Assembly: GCA_973895155.1 (NCBI GenBank)
Contig: OZ316894.1
Location: 17,142,563 to 17,206,562, forward strand
Direction of reading: 5' to 3'
DNA from: Marsupella aquatica
Taxonomy: Eukaryota > Plantae > Marchantiophyta
Length of the DNA stretch: 64,000 nucleotides
A program made the position numbers and the translations under genes. Shown one piece after another: positions 63,382 to 64,000 of this stretch (position 1 is its first letter; each line of letters opens with the position of its first letter). The notes beneath the pieces are model-generated. The model was not told the DNA's origin and did no database searches. It saw only the letters and a program-made list of their open reading frames with translations.

Positions 63382-64000
63382 TGTTGCCTCTGCTAGTCAG
63401 AGTCTATTATCCATCAGACTCGTTGCCTGATCAGCCAGGTACAGTTTAGACCCCACTGGAAATGCTTGCACGAAGCTGCCAACTCCAACAAAGCTTTGAA
63501 TGCTAATGCCTTTCAAAATTTTCCTTGGTGGAAATGTTGGTCCTTGTGCTTTTGCTGAACTACCACTAATAAAATAGAGTTGAGCTCCTCTGTAAATAAG
63601 TTCGAACTGAGGACAGGGTTTGGTAATTTATCAAGTACAGAGACTTCTAGTGGAGTTTCCTTGTGCCTGAGTTTGTCTATATTACAAGTGTCAACAATTT
63701 TTGCGTAGCCGATAATTATATCTGGCTAGGACCATGGAAGGGTTGAAGTGGACAGAGCTTATGAGCTTCATATTGGACAGAATTATATGTTTCACAGTTA
63801 CAGTGTTTCTATAGCTGTTGTTTTACTTTTGAACTAGCTTGTCAAATCAGTTCATCGTTTCTGACTAGTTCATTTTCCCGTTTGTGATCCTAAATATTTC
63901 AACCTAGAACACACGATATACAAATTGCGACATGTGTATGGAATCGTTCAGTTCAGGGTGCCATCAATATTAGAGGTTAAGCTCATCTTGTTAGATTTGA

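Overview
Eukaryotic land-plant DNA, most likely from a bryophyte such as a liverwort. This is inferred from an H1-derived protamine-like gene, intron-rich plant genes and plant TE families. Host genes: a partial amino acid permease (AAP, - strand, runs off the left edge), a divergent short-tailed H2B variant (-) arranged head-to-head with an Arg/Ser-rich H1-derived protamine-like gene (+), EB1 (+, 7 exons) and AAR2 (+, 13 exons). Mobile DNA: a full-length young Ty1/copia element (8141-14885), a full-length decayed L1-type LINE (24077-31160), several MITE/foldback elements, and an 11.4-kb TIR Mutator-like element (45932-57331, perfect 9-bp TSD) inserted into an older foldback element. The MULE is the most unusual object. 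Besides a MURA-type transposase it carries (i) an RPA70-C-like zinc/OB-fold gene, (ii) a C2H2-finger gene whose disordered tail grew by tandem amplification of whole exon+intron units, and (iii) a ~140-bp satellite array between the convergent genes. This layout resembles VANDAL/VANC-type accessory systems. The second highlight is the candidate sperm-chromatin gene pair (H2B variant + protamine-like H1), including a probable extra GWFGGWFGG exon that the ORF track misses. All domain calls are by eye from motifs; no searches were run.
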